Assembly (NCBI GenBank): GCA_002471575.1
Contig: DKQG01000046.1
Span: 108,853 to 172,852 of the forward strand
From: Alphaproteobacteria bacterium UBA7314
GTDB lineage: Bacteria > Pseudomonadota > Alphaproteobacteria > MPNO01 > UBA830
Length of the DNA: 64,000 nucleotides
Reading direction: 5' to 3'
Position numbers and translations under genes: made by a program. The notes beneath the pieces were generated by a model. That model worked only from the letters and a program-made list of their open reading frames with translations, was not told the origin of the DNA and made no database searches. This document shows, piece by piece, positions 56,628 to 64,000 of this stretch; position 1 is the first letter of the stretch; each line of letters begins with the position of its first letter.

Positions 56628-57431
56628 CTAGCCGCCGATTTCTACCGGCCCTGCTCGACGCCGGATCTCGGCAATCACGGAATGAGCAGCAAGGGTTGAA
56701 GTTTTGGGGTTGTCCGGCAAAGGTTTACCACGGATTTCGATATCAATCGTGCCGAATGCGCCCTCTGCGTGCACATGATGAATATTTCCGCCGGCTGCCG
56801 GGTCAGCTACCAGGCGGACTTCCGTTGCCCCGAAACCCGCGCCAGCTATGGCAATGGTCGCGGCCACATTCGCATTCTGGGGATACCGCGTCGCCGCCTC
56901 GTCCGCACCACCCTGATAGAGCGTCGTTTCACTGGTCAACGCGTCGAGATCGGCAACATCTTCCGCCGGTGTTCCCTTCCAGGCGCCGGGTGGCTTACGA
57001 GACGTGTAGGATACCTTGTGCAGCCCGCCAACCCGGGCTGCTGCCAATGCATCCGCCCCCGCTACAGCCCCTGCGGCCAGCACGAGCTTCGCGCCCCCCG
57101 TCTCCGCAGCCGCAACAAGATCGGCGTATAGACTGGCATCCGCTAACACACCGATCGAAATCACCAGAAAATCCATCCCGCGGCGCAGCGCGTCAGCGCC
57201 GTAGTCGCGGACGCCCGAATGCCCGGCGCATTCCGCTACGAGGTCGGGTCTCACGGTCAGATCACGAAAAGATGAAACAACCTCGATCCCGCGCGCCGAT
57301 ACCGCATCGCGCACCTCGTCAACCCGGCTGGGCCGCACCATTATGGCGACAATCCGCGCGTCCTCTTCCGGCTGAATGTGTTTGAGTATTTCCTGCGCTA
57401 TCGCGCCATAACCGATCAATAATACATCCAT
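56628..57431 (-). CDS. nadX: L-aspartate dehydrogenase (NadX-like, NAD(P)-dependent)
   Basis: 267 aa; MDVLLIGYGAIAQEILKHI N-terminal Rossmann motif and aspartate dehydrogenase-type C-terminal domain. ATG overlaps the upstream TPP-enzyme stop (TAATG). Confidence 0.75.
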   Translation of the reverse strand: MDVLLIGYGAIAQEILKHIQPEEDARIVAIMVRPSRVDEVRDAVSARGIEVVSSFRDLTVRPDLVAECAGHSGVRDYGADALRRGMDFLVISIGVLADASLYADLVAAAETGGAKLVLAAGAVAGADALAAARVGGLHKVSYTSRKPPGAWKGTPAEDVADLDALTSETTLYQGGADEAATRYPQNANVAATIAIAGAGFGATEVRLVADPAAGGNIHHVHAEGAFGTIDIEIRGKPLPDNPKTSTLAAHSVIAEIRRRAGPVEIGG

Positions 57432-59092
57432 TATTTTTCGTCCGGTGCTGTTTTGACAGGTGGGCCGGCGAAGGCCTCGGCAAATTCACCGATTGACGAC
57501 ATATCGACTTCGATCAGCGCAGGGCCATCGACCTCAAACGCGCTCGTCAGAACCTCGGAAATATCCCCGGCGGTGTCGACTCTCCAGTGCGGAATACCGA
57601 GGGAGTCGCACAGCACCCCCCAGTCAGGTCCAAGAATATCGACATACGCGCGGCGGCCGCCGTAATGCGCATCGGCAATATTCTTGATCACGCCGTACCC
57701 GCCGTCATTCATCAGCAGGATCGCAATATCCGCATTTTCTTGCTTTGCGGTCGCCAGCTCACCCAGCGTGACCGCAAAGCCTCCATCACCCGCCAATATG
57801 AGCGTCTTACGTCCCTCTGCCTGAACGCCCAGCGCCGCCCCGATTCCCATTGGCAAGCCCTGTCCGATGCCGCCGCCCAGCGCGTGCACGCCATCCCGCG
57901 GTCCGTCGAGCGGCGGCAACCGATTGCCCCAGATGGTATTCGACAGGGTGATATCACGTACCCAGACGAAATCGCGCGGCACGGCGTCCAGAACCGCATC
58001 GACAACTTCGTTATAGGGGCCAAGCGCTTTGCGCATGCCGGCTTCTGCGCCTTCACGGGCCCCTTGGATATCCTTAGTGAACCCCTTGTCCGGCGTGAAC
58101 CGTCCCTTCAGCCGGTCGGCCAGATATTCGAGACTGGTTGCGGAATCGCCGCAGATGAACATATCAACCGGATAGGCGCGTCCTTCCGCGCGAGGGTCGG
58201 CATCAATCTGATACAGAGAATCGGGTAGTTTCAGTTTGTAAGTCAGTGTTTCGTTTGACCGTAAACGCGACCCCACAACCAACATCGCATCGCAGGTACT
58301 GTAGAATTCCTCCGATGCGGGCTGAAGATTGAAAGCGCCCAGCGACTGATGATCGTCGCCCGGCAGTACGCCACGTCCCTGCACGCTGGTCACAACGCCA
58401 AAGCCGAGATTGGCAAGCCGAGCGACCGGATCAGTGGCATGCCGGGCGCCGCCACCGAGCCAGAGCATCACCCGCTTTTTGTCAGCAAGCGCATCGGCCA
58501 ATGCCTCGATAGACGCTTCGTCCGGCTGCGGCGCCAGCACCGGTAACGGATCGACACTGAGCGGTATCGCCGTCAGACCTCTCTGAACATCGATCGGAAT
58601 CTCGACACTGACCGGTCCCATTGGCGGCGTGAAAGCCAGCCGCACTGCTTCGCGCAGCGTGCCTAACATGGTGTCGGGAGACCAAACTCGGAACGCGCCT
58701 TTGCCCGCTGCTCCCAACATACCAACCTGATCGGGCGCTTCATGTATAAAGCCCTTGTTCCTATCCAAGTGCTCGCTGTCGATCTGGCCGGTCAGATGAA
58801 GCAGCGGCGTTCCCGCGGTTATTGCTTCGACGACGGCGCCGCAGGCGTTGCCTGCCGCTGTCCCGGTGCTTGAGACGGCAACCCCAAGTCCGCCGCGCAC
58901 GCGGGCGCTCGCATCCGCCATATTGACAGCACCACCCTCTGACCGGGCGGGAATAAATCTTATCTTGCTGCGCCGGGCGATGGCGTCAAGGATCGGCATG
59001 TTGTGAATGCTGATCACCCCGAAAGCGTGTTCAACGCCGCACCGTTCGAGAAATGCTGCGACGATATCGCCTGCGGTTACCTGTTCAGACAT
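57431..59092 (-). CDS. Thiamine pyrophosphate-dependent enzyme (acetolactate synthase/benzoylformate decarboxylase-like)
   Basis: 553 aa; Pyr domain N-terminus (GDIVAAFLERCGVEHAFGVISIHNMPILDAI), central domain, C-terminal PP domain. Confidence 0.85.
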   Translation of the reverse strand: MSEQVTAGDIVAAFLERCGVEHAFGVISIHNMPILDAIARRSKIRFIPARSEGGAVNMADASARVRGGLGVAVSSTGTAAGNACGAVVEAITAGTPLLHLTGQIDSEHLDRNKGFIHEAPDQVGMLGAAGKGAFRVWSPDTMLGTLREAVRLAFTPPMGPVSVEIPIDVQRGLTAIPLSVDPLPVLAPQPDEASIEALADALADKKRVMLWLGGGARHATDPVARLANLGFGVVTSVQGRGVLPGDDHQSLGAFNLQPASEEFYSTCDAMLVVGSRLRSNETLTYKLKLPDSLYQIDADPRAEGRAYPVDMFICGDSATSLEYLADRLKGRFTPDKGFTKDIQGAREGAEAGMRKALGPYNEVVDAVLDAVPRDFVWVRDITLSNTIWGNRLPPLDGPRDGVHALGGGIGQGLPMGIGAALGVQAEGRKTLILAGDGGFAVTLGELATAKQENADIAILLMNDGGYGVIKNIADAHYGGRRAYVDILGPDWGVLCDSLGIPHWRVDTAGDISEVLTSAFEVDGPALIEVDMSSIGEFAEAFAGPPVKTAPDEK

Positions 59093-59900
59093 TGCGCGCC
59101 TGCCCCCCGGTTACGTCAATCGTTTCGCCGGTGATATAGGATGCCATGGGCGACGCGAAAAAAAGTATCGCGTTGGCCGCTTCCGCAGGTGTGCCAAGGC
59201 GACCCATCGGAATATGCCGCGATTTCGCGAGTTCAACGAACCAGTCCTCCTTAGAAGTTCCTTGAGGAATTTTATCGCCGTCCGGACCCTCACCGCTTTC
59301 GTAACGACGGCTCCATTGTCCGGAGTCCACTAGTCCGATAAGCACTGCATTGACGCGTACATTGATAGGCGCGAATTCACGCGACAGCGATTTCAGCAGG
59401 TTCAGCTGCCCTGCACGTGTCGCGCCGGTCGCAATCAGGAATGGTTCCGGCGAGCGTGCCAGCATCGCGCTGGTACAAACGATCGCGCCTGCGCCGGAAG
59501 CTGACAGCATATCGATGAACGCGCGAACCGGGCGTAACACTGAAAAGAACTTCAGGTCGAACTCGTCACGCCAGTCCTGGTCGCTGGTGGTATAGAAATT
59601 GCTCGCCCGCGCCTGCCCGGCATTGCACACCAGTGCGTCGCAACGCCCGAACCTTTTATTGACCGCGTCCGCGAACGCATTCACGGCATTCTCATCCAGC
59701 ACGTCGCAGGCGTGCACGAACACATTATCGGGACCGGAAATCGACGCCAGCTGGGTGGCAGCTTCATCAAGACGTTCCCGGCTTCGTCCGCAGATCGCCA
59801 CCTTGGCGCCTTCGTTCAGGAATGCCTCTGCGGTAGCTTTGCCGATCCCCGAAGAACCGCCGGTGACGACCGCCACTTTGTCTTTCATATTGCTGGTCAT
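59085..59900 (-). CDS. Short-chain dehydrogenase/reductase (SDR)
   Basis: 271 aa; VAVVTGGSSGIGKATA...NAG...SAMLARSPEP atypical catalytic region. Overlaps the downstream TPP gene by 8 bp. Confidence 0.82.
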   Translation of the reverse strand: MTSNMKDKVAVVTGGSSGIGKATAEAFLNEGAKVAICGRSRERLDEAATQLASISGPDNVFVHACDVLDENAVNAFADAVNKRFGRCDALVCNAGQARASNFYTTSDQDWRDEFDLKFFSVLRPVRAFIDMLSASGAGAIVCTSAMLARSPEPFLIATGATRAGQLNLLKSLSREFAPINVRVNAVLIGLVDSGQWSRRYESGEGPDGDKIPQGTSKEDWFVELAKSRHIPMGRLGTPAEAANAILFFASPMASYITGETIDVTGGQARNV

Positions 59901-60135
59901 TTTTTAGTCAGTTGCTCCCGAACCTTTAGCCAAATTAAAAATCTCATCCTCAAACCCCGGCGGGGAAAACTCACGGGAGAGTGAGGCTGATCAGAATGCG
60001 CGACGACTGGGTTCATCAGATCAAAATCCCTCCTCACCGTCTTCTGCATACTGCCGGGCCTGGACCTCTCGGTTTGCCGCTTCATCCCGCTGCAACCGCC
60101 ATCGGTCGCTTATACTCCCTACCGGCTTTTTCCAA

Positions 60136-61047
60136 TTATTCCCGTGTCTGGTATTCGGGATGCCCCTGCTCTCCGCCGACGGGATCGTAGCGGGGATCTG
60201 CCAGCGCCGTATCGGGCAACGCCAGCTGCATGCCGGCATGCGGTTTATGAGAATCCGGGTCGTGCCCGATCGCAGCTGAAATACGGGCGGCGCAACGCAG
60301 CACATCGTCCTTGACCATTCTATTAAGCACGTCATCAGGAAACTTGTCGGCGGACGCCGTGATGTTAACAGCGGCCACAACCCTGTCACTGCCGTCTCGT
60401 ATGGGTGCGGCAACACTCACAACGCCTTTCTCGTAATAACCGCGACTGACGACCACGCCGTCGTTTCTTGCGTCTTTGAGAAGCAGATCGCGCAACGCGA
60501 CCACGTTGGGAGGTGTATCCGGCGAAAAAGGCGCCAGCTCCCGAGTGCCTCGGTAAAGTTCGAAGAGATCCTCGTCTTCGAGGTCTTGCAGCATGGCGCG
60601 CCCCATCGTCGAAGCATGCGCGGGCAAACGGGACCCTACCCGAATGTTGCTGCTGAGAGCCGCCTGCGCCGCAAGGCGGCTGACGTAAACGACTTCCGTG
60701 CCTTCACGGACCGACATATGAACGGAAGCACCCGTGCGATATCTCAGATCTGAAAGGAACGGATAGGCAATTTCCGGCAGCTCCAGCCCGGTCAGATAGG
60801 TCCAGCCCAGTTTCAGCGCTGCAGCGCCAACGCGGTATTCGCCGGATTCCTCGTCGCGTATGAGAAACCCCAGATGTTCTAGGGTATTCGCCAATCGAAA
60901 CGTCGTCGCCCGCGGCAGGTCCAGTTCCTTCGCCAGAATACCAAGCGACTGGACCGGCTTGTCTTTCGAAAATGCCTGAAGCAGCAGTAACCCGCGTTCA
61001 AGGGCTGGGACGATATAGCTGGGCTCCTTCGCCTTGCGCTTACTCAT
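60136..61047 (-). CDS. IclR family transcriptional regulator
   Basis: 303 aa; N-terminal HTH (LERGLLLLQAFSKDKPVQSLGILAKELDLPRATTFRLANTLEHLGFL) and IclR effector domain, plus a ~40-aa C-terminal extension. Terminator-like hairpin CCCCG-c-CGGGG + T-rich run downstream (~59950-59975, minus). Confidence 0.85.
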   Translation of the reverse strand: MSKRKAKEPSYIVPALERGLLLLQAFSKDKPVQSLGILAKELDLPRATTFRLANTLEHLGFLIRDEESGEYRVGAAALKLGWTYLTGLELPEIAYPFLSDLRYRTGASVHMSVREGTEVVYVSRLAAQAALSSNIRVGSRLPAHASTMGRAMLQDLEDEDLFELYRGTRELAPFSPDTPPNVVALRDLLLKDARNDGVVVSRGYYEKGVVSVAAPIRDGSDRVVAAVNITASADKFPDDVLNRMVKDDVLRCAARISAAIGHDPDSHKPHAGMQLALPDTALADPRYDPVGGEQGHPEYQTRE

Positions 61048-61850
61048 GCATTCCTTTCCAGATGCTTACTGAGGACCGAATTGAACAGGTCCGGTCCCTC
61101 CACGTAGCACGCATGACCGAGCCCGGGCAGAATTTCGAATGTGGAAGACCCGAAGCTGTCAGCAACGGCTTCGCATCCGACGGGAGGTGTAACCGTGTCC
61201 GCCCCACCCACGACCACGGAAACGGCCAGGGAGATCTCAGCCGCATCCGCTTTGATATCGCCATTGACCAGTAGCTCCACTGCTTGCGCATAACCGTCCG
61301 GTCGAAGCTGTGCCATGATATTCCGCACCCAGTCTCTTGTTGATTGCGGCGCATCCTCGGACAGCAAATTTTCGTGACGCTCGCGGGCTAACCCCTCAGG
61401 GCCAAGCTCGTTCATCAGGGACATTCTTCCCGTGCGGCGCTCGTCCTGAATATCCGTTCCATCGGCTCCGTACCCCGACGCCGGCGACGCGATCATCAGG
61501 CTCTTTACCCGGTCCGGCTCCGCCCGCGCAAATCCGCAGGCTATGATCGCGCCCAGCGAATGCCCAACCAGATTGCAGGCGGGAATGCCGATGACATCGA
61601 GCATTGCTCCAAGATGCGCAGCATATTGGGTCGCAGCAGGCACCTCGGAGGCGACCGGGTCAGACTCGCCGTAGCCCGGGGCATTCCAAGCGATAACCCG
61701 GTATCGATTGGCAAATGCATCAATCTGGGCGACCCAAGACGCCGCGCCGGACCCAATCCCGTGCAGCAGAAGGAGCGCTGGCCCCTCACCTGCTTCTAGG
61801 TAGGAGATTTTCCCACGCGGTGTGTCGACTAACCTGAGTGTTGCTGTCAT
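61044..61850 (-). CDS. Alpha/beta hydrolase fold protein
   Basis: Start MTATLRLV (ATG 61850; track 61892); LLLLHGIGSGAASW...GHSLGA nucleophile elbow; C-terminal GHACYVE His. Confidence 0.8.
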   Translation of the reverse strand: MTATLRLVDTPRGKISYLEAGEGPALLLLHGIGSGAASWVAQIDAFANRYRVIAWNAPGYGESDPVASEVPAATQYAAHLGAMLDVIGIPACNLVGHSLGAIIACGFARAEPDRVKSLMIASPASGYGADGTDIQDERRTGRMSLMNELGPEGLARERHENLLSEDAPQSTRDWVRNIMAQLRPDGYAQAVELLVNGDIKADAAEISLAVSVVVGGADTVTPPVGCEAVADSFGSSTFEILPGLGHACYVEGPDLFNSVLSKHLERNA

Positions 61851-61913
61851 CGATTTCTCTTTACGCCAACGGCGGGAGGCTCTCATCAGCACGGGAGTCT
61901 CCAGGCACGGGTT

Positions 61914-62480
61914 CTACTTTTTTTCCCGCTTGATGGAGGCCAGCGGATGATCCGGCGGATAAGTGGGCGTCACCGGTTTAGTCGCACCCAGCATGACGCA
62001 CATCAGTGCTTCTTCATGGCCTTCATTCACCAGCCCACGATAAACTCCGGGCGGAACCGATATCAGATCGCGTTCGTTAAGTACGGACTCCCAGGTGTTG
62101 TCTCCGTCAACCACGGTCAGGCGAATACTTCCGCGTAGCATGAAGAAGACCTCCTCCACGTCCGTATGAATATGCTGCGGCCCTTCACAACCCGGCGGCA
62201 GAACCATAGTTGAGAAGGTGAAGTGTTCGGACGGAACCGTATTGTTGTCGCTGCTCTTACCGGCACCGCCGGTCCCCATATAGCGCATCTGTGCGCGCCG
62301 ATATTTGGGGTCGTAATCGGCCTGGAATTTCAGAACGTCCCAGTCGTACTGGCGCGTCTCGTATCGCGCGACCCGGGTATCCATCCAGTCCGCAAACGAC
62401 TGGTCGTCGCGCTGGTGCCAACCGGGTTTGTCTTCTTCCCGGCCGTCCGCACCCATCTTCAAAGCCGCTTCCGCACCCAT
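61914..62480 (-). CDS. Cupin domain protein
   Basis: 188 aa; ...PPGCEGPQHIHTDVEEVFFMLRGSIRLTVVDG... two-motif cupin signature. Confidence 0.6.
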   Translation of the reverse strand: MGAEAALKMGADGREEDKPGWHQRDDQSFADWMDTRVARYETRQYDWDVLKFQADYDPKYRRAQMRYMGTGGAGKSSDNNTVPSEHFTFSTMVLPPGCEGPQHIHTDVEEVFFMLRGSIRLTVVDGDNTWESVLNERDLISVPPGVYRGLVNEGHEEALMCVMLGATKPVTPTYPPDHPLASIKREKK

Positions 62481-62494
62481 GTGTCTTCCTCCAG

Positions 62495-63253
62495 TCAGTT
62501 AAATACAAATCCACCGTTCACCGGCAAAAGCTGTCCGGTCACAAAATCCGCAGCATCGGACAGTAGGTACATGACTGCACCGGTCACATCCTCCGGCTGT
62601 TGTTCGCGGTTCATCGCCCGTCCATCGATGTACTGACGATGCCGATCTTCAGGCACGTACTCGGTCGCCTCAACCAGTGTCAGTCCCGGAGCGATGGCAT
62701 TTACCGCGATCCCGTCATTTCCTAATTCGCGAGCGAGCGACCGGGTCATCGCGATAACAGCGCCTTTCGATGCGACGTAATGAAGCAATTTTGGTGCGCC
62801 CCACATTGCGGTATCCGACGCGATGTTGACGATTTTTCCATTGCCGGCATCTCTAAGCGCAGGAGAAAATGCCCGCACCGCCAGCCATGTACCGCGCACA
62901 TTCACGGTCATTACTCGGTCCCAGGTTTCGATGTCGATTTCGTCGGCCATCTTTCCACCGATCCCGGTGGCTATCGCAGCGCAATTAACGAGACCATCCA
63001 CGCCCCCGAGATGCTGGACAGACCGCTGAGCCAACGTCACGATACTTTCCGGATCACCGAGATCGACGCCCTCAAAGTATGCGTCGCCCTTTTTCGAAAT
63101 ATCGGAAACGGTTTCGCGGCCCACATCTTCCAGAATATCTGCGATAACGACGCTGGCACCCGCTTCGACCGCGGCCTCAGCAAATGCACGGCCGAGGCCC
63201 CGGGCGCCGCCGGTGACGACAATACGTTTGCTATTTAGCGATATCGATTTCAT
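62495..63253 (-). CDS. Short-chain dehydrogenase/reductase (SDR)
   Basis: 252 aa; VVTGGARGLGRAFA...NCAA...YVASKGA motifs. Confidence 0.85.
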   Translation of the reverse strand: MKSISLNSKRIVVTGGARGLGRAFAEAAVEAGASVVIADILEDVGRETVSDISKKGDAYFEGVDLGDPESIVTLAQRSVQHLGGVDGLVNCAAIATGIGGKMADEIDIETWDRVMTVNVRGTWLAVRAFSPALRDAGNGKIVNIASDTAMWGAPKLLHYVASKGAVIAMTRSLARELGNDGIAVNAIAPGLTLVEATEYVPEDRHRQYIDGRAMNREQQPEDVTGAVMYLLSDAADFVTGQLLPVNGGFVFN

Positions 63254-63285
63254 GACTCTGTCCGGTCGGCCTTTCGATCTGCCGC

Positions 63286-64000
63286 TTACTCTGCCGCCTC
63301 CATTGCCTGGCCTTGGTGTTCGGCAACGGCAGTAAGTTGTGCTTCCGCTTCTTTAGACAATACGCGCCGGACCCTGGCGAGCCCGGTGTCATGCTGGTAC
63401 AGAAATTCCTTGCCGCGGGCGCCAGGGTCCATGCCTTCCAGAACCACCCGGTCCTGTTCGAGCACATCCCAGTGCAACGTTTCCAGACGGTTGCGATACA
63501 TGAACTTCCACACATCCCGTCGCCAGCCAGATACCTTTCGGGTTCGCCAGAAAAAGACGCGGCAGTTGTCTTCATCAATCGGCGTCACGAAACCCATGAT
63601 GCCGAAATTGCCGCCTGGCCCCGCTTCTTGCCTATAGGGCAGTGGCGAAACCCTTAACCAAAACGCGCCTGTATCGCCATATTCGATCCAGTCGAAATTG
63701 ACGTCGCGCTGGTCCGATTTGCCGAACACGAATCCGGTGTCAGTTTTATCCAACTGCATCTTCGCCTCGGTATCGCCCGCTGCCATCGAATGGGAAGCGG
63801 CATGCAGGTAGGCGCCATGCATCGGGTCCATTACATTGTCGACCGCATAGGTCCAGTTGCATTTCCAATGCGCAGTGCAGAGCATCGCTGACCATTCGTC
63901 AGATACGAATTCTTCCGGAAAGTCGAATTCGTCCGGATCCTCATGCAGCTCATCGCCGAACCAGACGAAAATACCGCCCATATGTTCGAAACACGGATAG
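63286..64000 (-). CDS. Rieske-type ring-hydroxylating oxygenase alpha subunit, C-terminal catalytic domain (N-terminus beyond window end)
   Basis: Frame is open to the window edge (..YPCFEHMGGIFVWFGDE..); NWTYAVDNVMDPMHGAYLHAASHS mononuclear-iron region; stop at 63286. Confidence 0.75.
   Translation of the reverse strand, partial: YPCFEHMGGIFVWFGDELHEDPDEFDFPEEFVSDEWSAMLCTAHWKCNWTYAVDNVMDPMHGAYLHAASHSMAAGDTEAKMQLDKTDTGFVFGKSDQRDVNFDWIEYGDTGAFWLRVSPLPYRQEAGPGGNFGIMGFVTPIDEDNCRVFFWRTRKVSGWRRDVWKFMYRNRLETLHWDVLEQDRVVLEGMDPGARGKEFLYQHDTGLARVRRVLSKEAEAQLTAVAEHQGQAMEAAE

Noticed and set aside
1-64000. CRISPR arrays, rRNA, tRNA, intact transposons or integrons
   Set aside because: No direct-repeat/spacer arrays, no conserved rRNA blocks and no full-length transposase or integrase ORFs were seen. 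Only a weak 41-aa IS5-like stub is present.

Overview
This is a high-GC (~60%) bacterial window, probably from an alphaproteobacterial accessory replicon or catabolic island. It is packed with oxidoreductases for aromatic and N-heterocycle catabolism. Starting from the left edge: a molybdenum-hydroxylase operon (FAD subunit plus a fused [2Fe-2S]/Mo subunit that runs off the window edge) sits divergent from korAB, which encode a 2-oxoacid:ferredoxin oxidoreductase. Next is a thrH-ispG-nfu operon, then a two-component-type flavin monooxygenase followed by a marR regulator, then a TauD dioxygenase. Two VanA-like Rieske oxygenases and a GMC oxidoreductase follow, then a LysR regulator. A translationally coupled operon of two CoxL-like molybdopterin large subunits flanks an amidase. 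Beyond it lies an F420/FO cofactor module (fbiC-npdG) placed divergently from an amidase-SDR-ligAB (extradiol dioxygenase) cluster. The second half carries TPP enzymes, transporters (DASS, AI-2E, two DMT), an SfnG-like LLM monooxygenase, a GbcA-like Rieske oxygenase, VOC proteins and an enolase-superfamily enzyme. A divergent orphan GroEL paralog heads a minus-strand operon with a DMT exporter, a cytochrome b561-like protein and RidA proteins. The window ends with an IclR-controlled run of SDR, hydrolase, cupin and Rieske genes. No rRNA, tRNA, CRISPR array or intact mobile element was seen. The region is decaying: at least eight gene remnants or pseudogenes were found, comprising DUF1330 with two nonsense codons, a malonyl-CoA decarboxylase 5' fragment, a BVMO 3' fragment fused to a GST 5' fragment, an internally deleted 3-hydroxyisobutyrate dehydrogenase, an AraC 3' fragment, a frameshifted class II aldolase and a possible IS5-family transposase stub. 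Several operator-like repeats and palindromes, three rho-independent terminators, and a 300-nt structured leader upstream of fbiC were also found. Coordinates taken from the ORF track are used where possible; positions I counted myself may be off by 1-2 nt.
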